Below are positions 37,915-50,359 of a stretch of DNA of 64,000 nucleotides, one piece after another. Origin of the DNA: Glaucostegus cemiculus. Taxonomy: Eukaryota. The position numbers and the translations under genes were made by a program. The notes below the pieces were generated by a model, which made no database searches, was not told the DNA's origin, and saw only the letters and a program-made list of their open reading frames with translations. Numbering within the stretch: the first letter of the stretch is position 1; each line of letters opens with the position of its first letter. Location: assembly GCA_976551045.1 (NCBI GenBank), contig CDPCPM010000329.1, positions 1,240,001-1,304,000 on the forward strand, in the 5' to 3' direction.

Positions 37915-38061
37915 TACTAGAGACACAAGAGATTCTGCAGATGTTGGAATCTGGAGCAATACATACAAAATGCAACTCAGTAGGTCAGACAGCATCTATG
38001 GAGGGAAATAAACAGTCGACATTTCAGATCGAGACCCTTCCTCAGGACTTTATAGTCGACT
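37915..38061 (-). mobile_element. Penelope terminal fragment carrying a hammerhead motif, inserted in the RTE-X element
   Basis: agacacaagagattctgcagatgttggaatctggagcaatac..caggtcagacagcatctatggagggaaat-type sequence is the reverse complement of the Penelope terminus at 13160-13260. Confidence 0.8.
38013..38061 (-). ncRNA. Minimal hammerhead ribozyme motif, best preserved in the window
   Basis: Minus strand reads AGTC CTGAGGA a GGGTC tc GATCT GAAA t GTC GACTG: CUGANGA and GAAA boxes, stem II (with G-U pairs), a GUC cleavage triplet and stem I AGTC/GACT. Confidence 0.65.
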
Positions 38062-38569
38062 AGAAGTGCTTGTTGAATTGGGGGAGATTCAGTGCTTGGC
38101 TAGTGGACAAGTTGCCTTTCTGGATGAGCTGCTTTTCTAGAATGAGTGTGTGTTGATTTGCTCAAAATTTGTGGAAATGGTAAAGCACTGAAACTGTTCA
38201 AAAGCTCTTCACTCAGTTTCAGCAGTGCAGGAATGCAAATTCATCACCAGACCTCAAACAGATAGATCTTGAGCAGGCATTGAACACTCTTAGCAGCCAA
38301 TCACTCACTACTGATCCCAATTTCTTTGTCTGTTCAGAGTGAGTTGTTACTATTAAGGCATTTTCCCCCATGTCAGCTGGTATGAAGTGGTTATTGAAAT
38401 TATTTACTTATGTCCTCATTGCAGTTCTCTTTTCTGCAGTTCGTTTGGGGTTTTACCATTGTCAAGTAGCTCTTTAGCTTTTGCAATGTAGCATTGATAA
38501 GCTTTCTAGGACTCATTGCTCAGCTTTCTAACTGAGAAACAAGCTTTGTTCCTGTTATGAAATGTCTGA

Positions 38570-38880
38570 GTTTTCTACCAGTTTGTCAAATACTAGAGGG
38601 CATAGCTTTAAGGTGGGAGGGGAAAAGTTCAAAAGGAGATGCACAAGGCAATTTATTTTAAAAATACACACACACACAGATGCCTGGAACACACTACCAG
38701 AGGAGATAGGGGAAGCAGATATGATAGCAACATTTAAAAGGCATTGAGACAGGCACATGAACCGTAGGGAATGGAGGGATATAGACCATGTGCAGGCGAA
38801 TGGGATTAGTTTAAATTGGCATCCTGGTCAGCACAGACATGGTGGGCTGAAGGGCCTGTTCCTGTGCTGTACTGTCCTAC
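38570..38880 (+). mobile_element. CR1 3' end inserted in the RTE-X element
   Basis: SNTRGHSFKVGGEKFK..AWNTLPEE, with tail gggctgaagggcctgttcctgtgctgtac. Confidence 0.9.
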
Positions 38881-39120
38881 AATGATTTATGCAATTGACA
38901 GAAGAGCAAGTTGCTTTTTTTTCTTTCCAATGATTTCTTCTGCTGAAGTATGGGTTTTGTACATTTGACTGTAGTTGTTGTTAAGTGGCCAGGCCCAGTG
39001 CAAGTCTCAGCATTGAGTTTGCTTGACAACCTTGTGGAATTGGTTTCTTGGCAGTGTATTTCACTTCATTTACAAACCACTCTGATTTGTGTGCGAGGTT
39101 TGTTGTCTACTGCTACTGTA

Positions 39121-40060
39121 AGGTAAACAAATCACAGGCCAGCCTTTTCCACATGAAATGAAAAGCTAACCATCAATTAGACTGGCATCCATTTCACTGC
39201 CAGGATAAACCCAATTTGCCTCTGAACAGCCTTAGACCACACACTCTTTTACAACAACCACACTGAGAAAATGCAGAGTGAAGTCAATGCCCAAAACATC
39301 TTCCAGACCTTGCAAGTTCAGAATGGGGGGCACACCCACCCACGATCAGATCATTCACACTAACCCCAGTGCTGTGTGCACATGCTCAGTGTGGGAATGC
39401 TGTGCCCACACAAAAATAAATCAATCCAGTGCATAGAAGCAGCTGCAGAATCACTACAAGCTATCTCACCAAAGAACAGCATCATGATGTACATCCTGTC
39501 TGCTAGAGGAACTCAGCAGGTCAAGCAGCTTCTGTAGGAGGAAAGGAATTGTTAACATTTCAGGTCAAACCCTGCATCAGGGCTGATGCAAGGTTTCAAC
39601 CCGAATGTCAACAATTCCTTTCCCCTGCGAGAAATGAAATAGCAAATAGAGGATGCCAGACACCTCTGCATGCCCACAACACTGCAGAAAACACCTCAGG
39701 TCATGCAGGGGTTTCCTCAAAACAACACAGGTAGCCAAACTTCCTGATGCGGTCTCCAGAAAGGAGTTGTAGCGGATGCGACTCGCAGACCTTGTCACTG
39801 GACTCTGCGTGAACATTAGGGTGACTGAACAGCTTATGTGGGCAGAAGAGAAGTGGATCACCTGGAAGGCCCTACACACCCTGACACAGAAGTCAGCTGG
39901 ACTCGAGCTGCCCTGAAGAGGGGTTGGTCTATGATACTAGAGCCCCATGACTGTGTTAAGAGGCAGACTATGCAAGACCTTCTGGTGTGCCAACAGTTCA
40001 AGGACAGCTCATGTATGGTTCAGGACCTCATGAACTTTGCACTCTACTAATCAATGCTGG
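39121..40060 (+). mobile_element. RTE-X-like LINE, direct 3' segment (RT end to C-terminal CCHC-like region)
   Basis: Plus-strand translation gives KSQASLFHMK, LDHTLFYNNHTEK, SEWGAHPPTIR, CSVWECCAHTK and DCVKRQTMQDLLVC..CMVQDL. Confidence 0.7.
39480..39630. mobile_element. Palindromic Penelope-derived element with back-to-back hammerhead-like motifs
   Basis: Inverted repeat centred on tgcatcag-gg-ctgatgca. Each arm reads CTGATGC-stem II-GAA(A)-TGT(C/T). Confidence 0.7.
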
Positions 40061-40544
40061 AAGTACATGAGAAAACTACAATCTCCCTATTTATGACCTC
40101 AGCCTTTCCATGATATGTACTCCTGATCTATTGTACATTCTAAATTTTAATTCTACCAATCACTGACAAGGTTTTCATGTTTCTAAGTATAATATTTTCC
40201 CTAAATCTCTTCCTTGCTTATGTCTCCTGCATCACTCCTTAAAGCTTCCTTACTGTAATGAGATGTGAGTGTAAACTACCAGTATTGTTGAGGACTAGTT
40301 GAAAGCCAAATGTAATTCAGTGTCATTGAAGGATGCAGCACTTTGAGGTTTATTATTACATCCAAAATGCATTTTTTTTTTGAAGAGCAGAGTTCGCTTG
40401 GTATCCTGCCCATTACTAATGTCAACCAAAAAGTACCAGAGCAGATGATCTGCTCATGATTACTGTGTCTTTGAAACCTTACTAACTGCAAAGTGCCTGT
40501 CATATATTGTACCTTATTGCAGCTAAAGTACTTTTCAATTGTTT

Positions 40545-40830
40545 TGGCACAGTGGTACAGAAGTTAGGACTACTGTCTCTCAGCTCCATAAACCCAGGTT
40601 TATTTCTGACTTTGGGGGCCATCAGTGTAGAGTTTCACGTTCTGCAACCTTGTGTTTTTTTTTAAAAACCAAGTTCAATTGGTTTCTTCCCACATTCCAA
40701 AGTAGTACTAGTAGGTTAAATGGCCACTGGAAATTACCCTTTAAGTTAGTTGAAGGACACAAGAAAGAAAGCAAGTTGCAGGGCCACAGGGAAAGGAGGA
40801 AGGGAAATAGTACTGATGGGATTTCTGTGT
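40545..40830 (+). mobile_element. Old V-SINE
   Basis: ggcacagtggtacag..acccaggtttatttctgac..tgtagagtttcacgttct..ggtttcttcccacattccaaag. Confidence 0.65.
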
Positions 40831-41989
40831 AACATGGAACAAGGAGAAGGCATCACCAGATAGACTGTTTGGTCTCCATCTGAATCATACTAAATATGTA
40901 CATTACAACTTTGACATGTCCTGTGGTGATGAAAGGAGCTCCATAAATACAAGGTGTTTTTGCTCTATTTTGCAACAGAACTTTAAATTAATAAACTCTT
41001 CTGATGTTCCTCCACAAGTTTATCAGTTCATTAAACAACCTCTCTGGCACTGAAACAGTAGTCTCTTCTGTTTTTAATACTGTTGATGTAAAGTAAATGG
41101 ATGTTTTTGAAAACATTCTGTAAGTGTAATTTGTTAAGATGACCCTTATTGCTTGCCCTGTTCACACAAGTCCTGGATGCTTTAAGGGCATAGTGGTATT
41201 TGGACATTAGTCAGAGAAAAATAAGATGCACAAGCCCATAAAAAGGCCAATGAAACTAAGACCTCGTAACAAAAATCTGGATTATAATAACAAAAAAGTT
41301 AGATTTGCAAAATATACTACAATTAAACTATGCTGTTTATGTGAAAATAAAACACCAAAATAGACTTGCTAACACTAGTGGTTTGTCTGAGCTGTGGGAC
41401 GCTGCATCCTTAATTCATTGTGTCTCACTTAAAACAATGGTTTGGATTTTATGATTGGGGTGAAGGGAATACTAACCTACTCAGAACCTATCATCAAAGC
41501 TGCACTGAACCACTTGGCTTGGATTTGCTCTTTTCCCATGTCAGGTGCAGACTACTGTACAGCATTGTAATCATTCGCACTAATAACATTGCCAAGCCGG
41601 TTTAGCAACAAATCACTCTGGAGAATTCTGACAGGCACTAATTTTGAATAAGTTTTTAAACATTTGAGAACAAATTAAAGGATCTGGACACATCAACCCG
41701 TAATATAAAAAAATTAAAGATTTATGGAATTATTATAGAATGGAGGGAAGAAATTCATACTAATACAAGATTTTCAGTTCTAAAGACATTTTGAGCAGTA
41801 AACATGTTGTGCTGGTTTGCCATGGGGGGAAATCATTGACAGCAAATTCTGGATTTCAGTATTTAACTGCACACATCAAAAGGCATCAAAATATGCAGAC
41901 ATTAAAAGTTGTATTAGTTTTACACAAAAAAAAGGCAAATCTCAACAGTTCTGGCATCATTAAAACCACATATTCCAGCCGAATAACTG

Positions 41990-42470
41990 TCCAGTAGTTC
42001 TTGATCAAAACTAGTTGCTCTGCTTAATGCCAGATTGAACTTGTGGAATCCTTTGATAACCACAAGAATATAACAAAGGAGCAACCCATGGAGCATCCAT
42101 AGCTCTTTGGGGATAAAGAAAAAATATTCACATCCTTCAGGGTGAAGAAATTCCTCCTCAGTTAACAGCCAGTAGCATTCCTTCATCTTGAATTATCCAG
42201 ATTCCCAACCTTCAATAAGTTCACTTTTCATTCTTCTACATTCCAGTGATTGCTGGTCAACACCATTCAACCTTTCCTCATAAGACAACAGATTTACCCC
42301 TGTAATCAATCTGGTGAACCTTCTCTGTACTACCTTCCAAATCAAGCACATTTTTCCTTAAACAAAGAGACTAAACCTGTACACAGTACTCCAGATATAG
42401 TCTTACTGCACAGTTATAGCAGCTTGACAGCATATGCTGGGTAATTAGAAGCCTGCCATAGTTAACCCCA
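41990..42470 (-). mobile_element. Decayed CR1 3' fragment
   Basis: Minus strand gives VRLYLEYCVQV; gggtgaagaaattcctcctca is the reverse complement of the RRNFFT motif. Confidence 0.7.
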
Positions 42471-44149
42471 ATTTTGGTGGCTTTAAGAAAAGTATCAATT
42501 GAAATAGAAATGACAATAGTACGAGAACCTGCCCTGCCTGAAATCAGATTCCAGCCATTCATTTCCATGATTGAGCAGCACTCCAATCATGTCAACAAAA
42601 CACCTGGTTAAGATGACGTTGGAACGCCACTCTGAAAACCCCGAATAAAAAAACAAATGAATTTGAAAGTAACATTTCTTAAATGGGCTATGGCTTTTCA
42701 CTCACCAAATGGCTTGTCTCATGCATTCCCTCAAATACAAATAAAGCCATTCACAAAATGTATCCAAAGTCTGATTATTTATACAGATAGGTTGATCCAA
42801 TGTTTGCTGGCGTACTAGCCTCAATAATGCATTATTACTTAGAAGGGAAAGCACAAGTACATCAAAGAGGTTACAATACCGGCATTACTACAAACCTCAA
42901 ATATTTTTTATAAAATTATATAGGACAGAGTTTTGATCTTTCAAAGTAACCCCAAGCTGAGTTGATGCATTCAAATCTCAAGGATGTTCAATATTTTTCT
43001 TTTTACACAAATGAGTACAAAGATACGGTTGGTTGATTTTTATCAATAATATGACAAATTATATGCAATGTTCAGCATTGGGAACTGTTTTAGTTCAAGT
43101 TAAAAATTATACAGTTCTAAGAGCATTTCAAGATATTCCACGGGCCTTGACCAGGACATGAGAACTACTGTCTAGGCTTTAAAAAAAAAATTAAAATGAA
43201 AAATCTTCAAATGAATTAAACCTTGGTTTTAAGAGATCTTACACATTCAAATATTTCTGCCTTCTCCAAAAAGTAATACTAAAACACAAGCAGATCACAG
43301 TTGCTCAAAGTGTAGAGTGGAATTATTAGGTTGTAAAACAGTTATTAATTCACACAAGGAAATGGAACTAGAGTAGCTCACAAACATCAGAACTACAACC
43401 CAATTATGTTGTTTCAAAATTCCCTTCCCCCAAATACCATCATGAATACTCAGAGGAGCAGAAAGGTTGGAGTTCCTGCACTGAAACTAGCAACTATCCA
43501 GAACAAATTAGACCTCAAATCCAGGTGCTGTGTAACAACTCTGTACCAACTACCCTCAAAGCTTAACTGTTTCTAACTAATAACATGAGCAGACACTGCA
43601 GCTCAAAATAACCTTAGAATAATGGTTTAACACTAGCTACCAAGGCATTACAGCTCACTTCTCCAGCAGTATATCTGACAATGGTGCATCACTGAAGCTC
43701 CCTGCTCCCTCCAGACCTTGCAATGAAACAAAAACCCTACACCAATGGAGGACTGAGAGGTCATTAAAGCACATTCTGTAACATAAAATATTACATATAG
43801 CTTGCATTTCCTATCTATCATGCTTTCAACATACACATAAATTGTGTGCCATCCTTCAAAGCAAAAGGAACAATATGTAGGACAAACTCAGCAGCAGATG
43901 AAAACATTGGACTCAAAATGGCCATAGATTCTTACCTGAAATTTGAATTCAGACTTGAAAAGGCAAAAAACAGAATTCTAACTAGTAAACAATGACAGAC
44001 TGTAGTCAGAAATTCTATTTTGTAATCTTAAAAGACAATGCTAAAACTGAGCAGCAGAATAATACATGATGTGGTCAACTACTTGTCATAATAAAGCAAA
44101 TTATCATCTAATATGATACACAACATCACAGGAGATCTATCCACCAAAG

Positions 44150-44730
44150 AACCATAAAAGTAGAAGAGTAGGAGACCATTTCGTCATGTCTATGGCAGTC
44201 AAAAATGAGAGCCACCAACCTTAATCCCAAGTCCCCTCATTGGGGTTTTTAAAATGAGATCAGGTTTCCTGCCACAACCACCCTGTCAGGCATCCTCTTC
44301 ATCTCCCTGCCTATTAATTATTTTTATAAGTACATTCCCTCCTGATTCTCAACTCCTCTGCTTTGGGAAATAGGTCTCTCCTATTTGCACTATTTAGGCC
44401 CCTTATAATTTTTGACACCAAGTCTTCCCCTAGCCTCCTCAGCTAAGGGAAACAGCCCCAATTTATCCAATCTTGTATTTATAATTTTCCACTCTTGGCA
44501 GTATCTTTGTTAATCTCCTCTACAATCACATATTTAATCAGTAATATGGTGACTAGAACTAAAGGTAATACTCAAGCTGTGGTCCAGCTGGTTTTGTATT
44601 ATATTCTACTATAACCTCCCTGCTGTTAAGTTCTATGCTTCAGCTGATAATGGGAAATAGCCTGTATACCTCATTGACCTGAACTGCTACATTTTAGGAT
44701 CTATGGACATTAATGCCAAAGTCCATTGAT
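44150..44730 (-). mobile_element. Decayed CR1 3' fragment
   Basis: Reverse-complement tail (aaccataaaagtagaagagtaggagaccatt) and aatactcaagctgtggtc (the RPQLEY motif on -). Confidence 0.65.
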
Positions 44731-45849
44731 ATACTAAAAATGAAATCATTAGTATGAGCAGATCTTGTTCAGAATCACTGGAGGTACAATTAAGCCTTGA
44801 GGAAGACATGAAAATTTACAAAGTGCATCTCAAGATTTATTTTATTAATAATACTGAAGAGCTCAGCATCAGGAATTGGGGATTTCAGTGTCATCTTTTT
44901 AGTGCTTGTTGACTGCTGAATCTGTCAGCAAGTCCCAGGTTTTCAATTTATGCACAGGTTAAACTGCAATTTCAGTTTGAATCAATGAAAGGCAGGGGCT
45001 CCATCTGGAACTGTTATATAGCAACTATATTTTAATTTTTGTCACTCCTATATAATGGAGTGCCTCAATACCAATGCCTTATCCTCACAACTCAACAATA
45101 CATCCAATGATTAATGGCACGGCCCCTGCAGTCAGCAGAAATTAGGGTATATATTTGCTCCAGGTTTTCAAACTCGAAGTTATGATTGGCAATAAAAACT
45201 ACACTATTCTTCTTTTCCTTTGTTCTGGAGAGAAAATAATATATTTTGGGGTTACTGAATTGTTAAGTTAATCCCCTAAATGGACCACTGTTCTCCCTTC
45301 ATCCTCTGATCAGGTACCACGTTGGGGCAGAGTAATGAGTCCCAGATGTTGAGAATTGTCCAAACAGAACCTTTAAATTCAGAGTGGTTATTCTTCAGCA
45401 ATTGATTTAAAATGTAATCTTGTGAATAACATTTTCTACCCCACAGAATGGAAATAATTGTGACATCTTTAAAATGAAGTAACGTTGACTTACTAGAACT
45501 GAAGAACATCCAGATTTATCTTTTTGTATATTTTTCCTATTTCTAAATTTCCTATTTCCAAATTTCACTTTGTAAATTTTACATAACTTCAAATCAGCTT
45601 TTTTATCTCAAATGAAGATTGCAGCACAGTGATAAGGAACTAGCTTGAGAAATAATTTAAGCTGTTCTGGCAGTTATGTAAGCAAAGTTACAAAGCAGGT
45701 ATGAGATTCTGTGGCCTACCGGCTGATATAGTGAACCTGCACAGCATGTATTCACATACTACAACTCCATTATTTTCTTGCAGTTTTCAGTACATCACCA
45801 TCAAGACTACATTAGAATGCAATTCAACACAGAGCAAAAGGATAACTAG

Positions 45850-46755
45850 GGTCCCTTTAAGGAACTCTGGAAGATGAGCGAGGTCTGAAGTGAATACTTT
45901 TCATCTTCATTTACCATGGAGAAGGTCATGGAAGCTAGGGAAATCAGGGAAGAGAACATTGTCTTGAAGCATGTTGATATTACAAAAGGAGATGCTGATG
46001 GCCTTTAGGCACATAAAGATGGATAAATCCCTAGGACCTGACTAAGTATACCCTAGGATGTTCTGGGAAGCAAGGAAAGAAATCATTGGAATCCTGGCAG
46101 AGATTTTTGTATTTTTCCTAGTCACGGGTGAGGTTACAGAAGACTGGAGGGTGGCTAATGTCGTGTCTTTATTTAAGGACTACAAGGATAAGCCAGGTAA
46201 CTACGAGCCAGAGAGCCTAATATCAGTGGTGGGAAAATTACTGGAGAGGATTTTGAGAGACAGGATCTATATGCATTGTAAAAGGCAAGGACCGATTAGG
46301 GATAGTCAGCATGGCTTAATGAGGGCAGAGCGGTGGACATCTTACTTAGACTTCAGCAAGGATTTTTAACAAGGTCCTGCATGGTAGACAAGTCTGGAAC
46401 GCAAGAGTTGGGACATCATGTTACAGCCATACAAGGCATTGGTGACACCAGACTGCAGCTCTGGTCGCCATACAATAGGAAGGTAGAGAGGGTGCAAAAA
46501 CAAAATGCAAGGATGTTGCCAGGACTGGAAGTCTTGAGTTATGAAGTAAGACTTGATAGACTGGATCCATTTCCCTGGCGCGAAGGGAAAGGCTGAGGGG
46601 TGACCTTATAGGAGGTTCATAAAATCAGGAGTGGCATAGATAAGATGGTCTCAATCTTTTTCTAAGGGTAGGGGAGTCTAAAACTAGAGGGCAAAGGTGT
46701 AAGGTGAAAGGGGAGGGGGGACCCAAGGGGTAGGACTTCCCGCTTCCTTTCCCCA

Positions 46756-46802
<47 letters not shown>

Positions 46803-47020
46803 GAGTTTGGGTATATGGAATGAGCTACCAGAAGAAGCGTTAGAGGTGGGTATATTAAGTGTTTAAAATACATTTGGACGGTTTCATAGATAGGAAAGGA
46901 GGAAAGGTTTAGAGGGATATGGGACCAATGCAGGCATAAAGGACTAGCTAAGGCAGGCACCTTGATCATTATGGATGACTTGGGCCGGAGGGCCCGTTTC
47001 CATGCTGTGCAAGTCTATGA
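45850..47020 (+). mobile_element. CR1 LINE ORF2, internally deleted, with 3' tail
   Basis: ORF contains WEARKEIIGILAEIF..EDWRVANVVSLFK..KPGNYEP..SVVGKLLERIL..SQHG..YLDFSK; tail gggccggagggcccgtttccatgctgt. Confidence 0.9.
46757..46800 (+). repeat. (CA)22 microsatellite inside CR1
   Basis: Perfect CA dinucleotide run. Confidence 0.95.
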
Positions 47021-47929
47021 CTAATTTGAACAAAACAGAATACAAATCCAGGATCACTGCAATTTGTGTTAACTTCTACTTTAACGATATTGCAACCCAC
47101 TCCATCAGAAAAGGTTAGTTTGTGTGGATTAATGCCTTTCAGCTCATTATAGCATTTGTCCTGTGGCACGGTGGTTACCAACCATTCATTCAATTAGTAT
47201 TTTGATGTAGGAGTGTCTTTTTTTTTAATTGTTAAACAGAGCCTGGCAGACAATAATGGTATCTAATTCTTCTGAATGAATGAACTTGTTCCTCATTTTA
47301 ATATTCTAAATTGACATACATATTCTCTTCGCTTTATATAAACAATAGATGTCCAACGTTAGCTCACTAATATCTTCTCAGTGAGTTTCACTACATGAAA
47401 CACTCACCAGGTGTAGCACACAAATTACAAAATTCCTTACTCTCACCATAGTTAACGTAATTACAAAACAGACTCCAGAAAAAGCCCAATGCTTTCAGAT
47501 CGAAAAGACATTATCCATGGCTTTAAATTATTTTGCTTGGGAGCTTTACTTCCTCATGCTATTGAATTCAAGAAATCTCTAGAGCACAACAAACCTTCAG
47601 AAGCAGAAGTGGTCCAGGAAGTAAACCAGAAGGCCATGGTAAATATGACATTAGCTTTGTTTGTATGTTTGTATTAACTCAGTTCCGTCACTTCAATTTA
47701 GAAACCATTCAATTCACAATGATTTCAGTTTTGTAAGATCAATTTTATGGAAGCACAGATACTATGCACTTGAATGCTGTTCACCAAATCAAAAATAAAA
47801 AGTTTTCTTTCAACCTACATCAACTAAAGCTTCAACCTAATAAGTTCACTTACAGATATTACTTACAGTAACAGGCACCATGTATTACAAACAAAAGACA
47901 GTGCACTCTCAAGGGCCAGAATGCAAGTA

Positions 47930-48560
47930 GCAGCACAATTTAGCCATTCAGCCCTTCATGCCTGCTCTGCTAGTCCACTGCCACTTTTATCGCAACACCA
48001 CTTTCTTGCATTAACCCCTATATTGTTGTTTCTTTAAATATTCAAAACATTTGTTCTCTCAAAAGGTATGCAGTGTCCAAATCTCCACAGCTCTCTAGAA
48101 CAGAGAATTCCAAAGATTCAGTGCATTCTAGGGGAAAAGATTTTTTCCTCATCTTAGTCTTGACTAGCTGATCCCTTATTTTGTGATCCCTGGTTCTAGA
48201 CACCTCAGTCATGACAATTGTCAATTCTGATCTACCCTAGAGTACCTCATAAGAATTTCATGCATCTCAATGATATCACCTCTCACTCCCCTGAACTCTT
48301 GGAGAATACTGTTTAATCTTGTCGCATAGGATAATCTCCCCACCCCAGCTATCAATCTGGTAAATATTTGATGCACTCTCTATTGCAAGTATATCCTTCC
48401 TGAAGCAGGAAGACCATACTTGTGCAAAATACTCCATGCACAGCCACATCAGAATCCCATTTAACTGCAGTAAGAAATCATTATTCTTGTATTTAAATCC
48501 TCTTGCAAGTGTTTGCTTTTCCAATTGCTTGCACCACCACTTCAACTTTTAGTGATCTCG
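47930..48560 (-). mobile_element. CR1 3' fragment
   Basis: Minus ORF ARGFKYKNNDFLLQL..EYFAQVWSSCFRKDILAIE, plus a reverse-complement tail gccattcagcccttcatgcctgctc. Confidence 0.8.
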
Positions 48561-49159
48561 GAGTGATCTTTCTGGAGATTACAAAAATTAAAATATTAAA
48601 CTACCATTGCTACACTTTCCAAAAGGAAAATTAGTCTTAAGCATCAGCAAGCTAGGAACTTTTCTAACATGATCTCCAAAGGACAATGTGAATTGCATTC
48701 ATTACATTGTCAAACAATATCAAATAGAACAAAATGAGTAATCCTTAGAGATGTATATAAAAATGGCATATTTGCAGCACATGTGTAAGATGCTTTGGAT
48801 GCAGATTACTGAAGATCCTTGCAACACTTTGATTTGAGCTAATTGTTTATGCATGAAGCACAACATATTGTGCACACATGAAAATAAAGGCTCTCAAGAA
48901 GTTGAATCTTTGCACATTTTTGGTGCAGTAAAACATGGTCGTGCACATTGTTCCTTGCAAATTGGGTTTCCCCATAAACAAGAGAAATTGGCCAAAATCC
49001 AGTGTGAAATGGCATTGGGGCAAGTTGCACACAAAAAGTGTGCCAAAATTGGACCCGTGTATTCCATATGGGACCCAATTTCAAAATATTCTGACACTTT
49101 AATATGCAGAAATGGCTGAGTGCACCAGATGCAAAGGTTATGGGATGAGGCAACATGGG

Positions 49160-50280
49160 AATATCAACAATCCAGAAATAGCCGCATCAGTGAAGTAACA
49201 CTGGAATTTACCCGACAACATGGAAAATTGCCCAAGTATGTCCTGTTCCCCAAAAAGACAAATATAATCTGGCTAATTACCACCCAATCTACTTTCAATC
49301 ATCAGCAAAGTGACAGTAACTGTCATCAACAGTACTATTAAGGTGTCCTTACTCATCAATAACCTACTCACCGATACCTACTTTGAGCTTCACAGTACTT
49401 CCCCAGTCCAGATCTCATCCCAACCTCAGTTCAAACATGGACCAAAGACCTGAATTCCAAAAGGTTAGATAAAAGTACTTGTCTTTAATATTAAGTCTAC
49501 ATTGGACCAAGTGTGGCATCTTACTGCCCTTGTAAAACAAGTTAATGGGTATCCAAGGGAAAATACTTCAATGACTAGAGTCACTTCACAGAAAGGAAAA
49601 ATGGTTTGGGTTGTCAAAAGTCAATCCTACCCCCCCATCTGCAGAACATTACTGCAGGAGTTTCTTGGGCAAGGTCCAAGGCTTAACATATTCAGTTGCT
49701 TCATCAATGACTTTCCTTCCATCATATCAGAACTGCCATTGTTTGTGGATGATCGCACAATTCTATACTCAGTCCTAACCAAATGAGGCAGCCCTTAATC
49801 AAAGGCAGCAAGAGCTAGACAACACAAGCTAAAGGCAAATGTCCAGTAACATTTTGCCTCAAAAGTGGCAGGCAATGACCAGTTCCAATAAGACAGAACC
49901 TAACCACCTATCATTGACACTCAATAGCATTACCATTGCCAAGTCTTCCACAATCAACATCATGGGGATTTCCATTGACCACAAATTAAACAACCATGCC
50001 TGCAAGAGCAGGTCTGGAGATTGGGTATCCTGCACTGAGTAACTGACTTCCTGTCATCCCAAATCCTTTCCACCATCCACAAGGCACAAGTCAGGAGCTT
50101 ATTGCTGGGTCTATATCCTGGAATGCCCTCTCCAATAGCACTGTAGGAGCATCTTCACCAAAAAAAACTTCAGTGCTTTGAGCTGGCAGCTCACCACCTC
50201 ATTCTCAAGGACAATTACAAATGGGCAATGCTGGCGTTGCAAGCAAAATCCAGATCCCAGAAAATGTACAATTAAAAAAG
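49160..50280 (+). mobile_element. CR1/L2-group LINE (second family), RT to 3' tail
   Basis: IFSCFINDFPSIISELPLFVDD (RT core) and KWQAMTSSNK..INIMGISIDHKL; tail cagctcaccacctcattctcaaggacaattacaaatgggcaatgctggc. Confidence 0.8.
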
Positions 50281-50359
50281 GCAGGACACTCTCCCCATAA
50301 CAGCGAGGCACACATAGTATGGGGAAGAACAAGGCAGTTCAAAATTCACACTGTCCAAA

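Larger units (their letters stand above)
37547..39120 (-). mobile_element. RTE-X-like LINE, inverted 5' segment (linker and RT core)
   Basis: Minus-strand translation across frameshifts gives FVNEVKYTAKKPIPQGC, GVTFISLLVTCDSATHRILLWKILEMTKDSHL, LPEGSVL and FIHIHDL. These correspond to recalled IPRGCR, AFVDLSAAYDTVNHR, LPQGSVL and FIYADDL. Confidence 0.7.
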
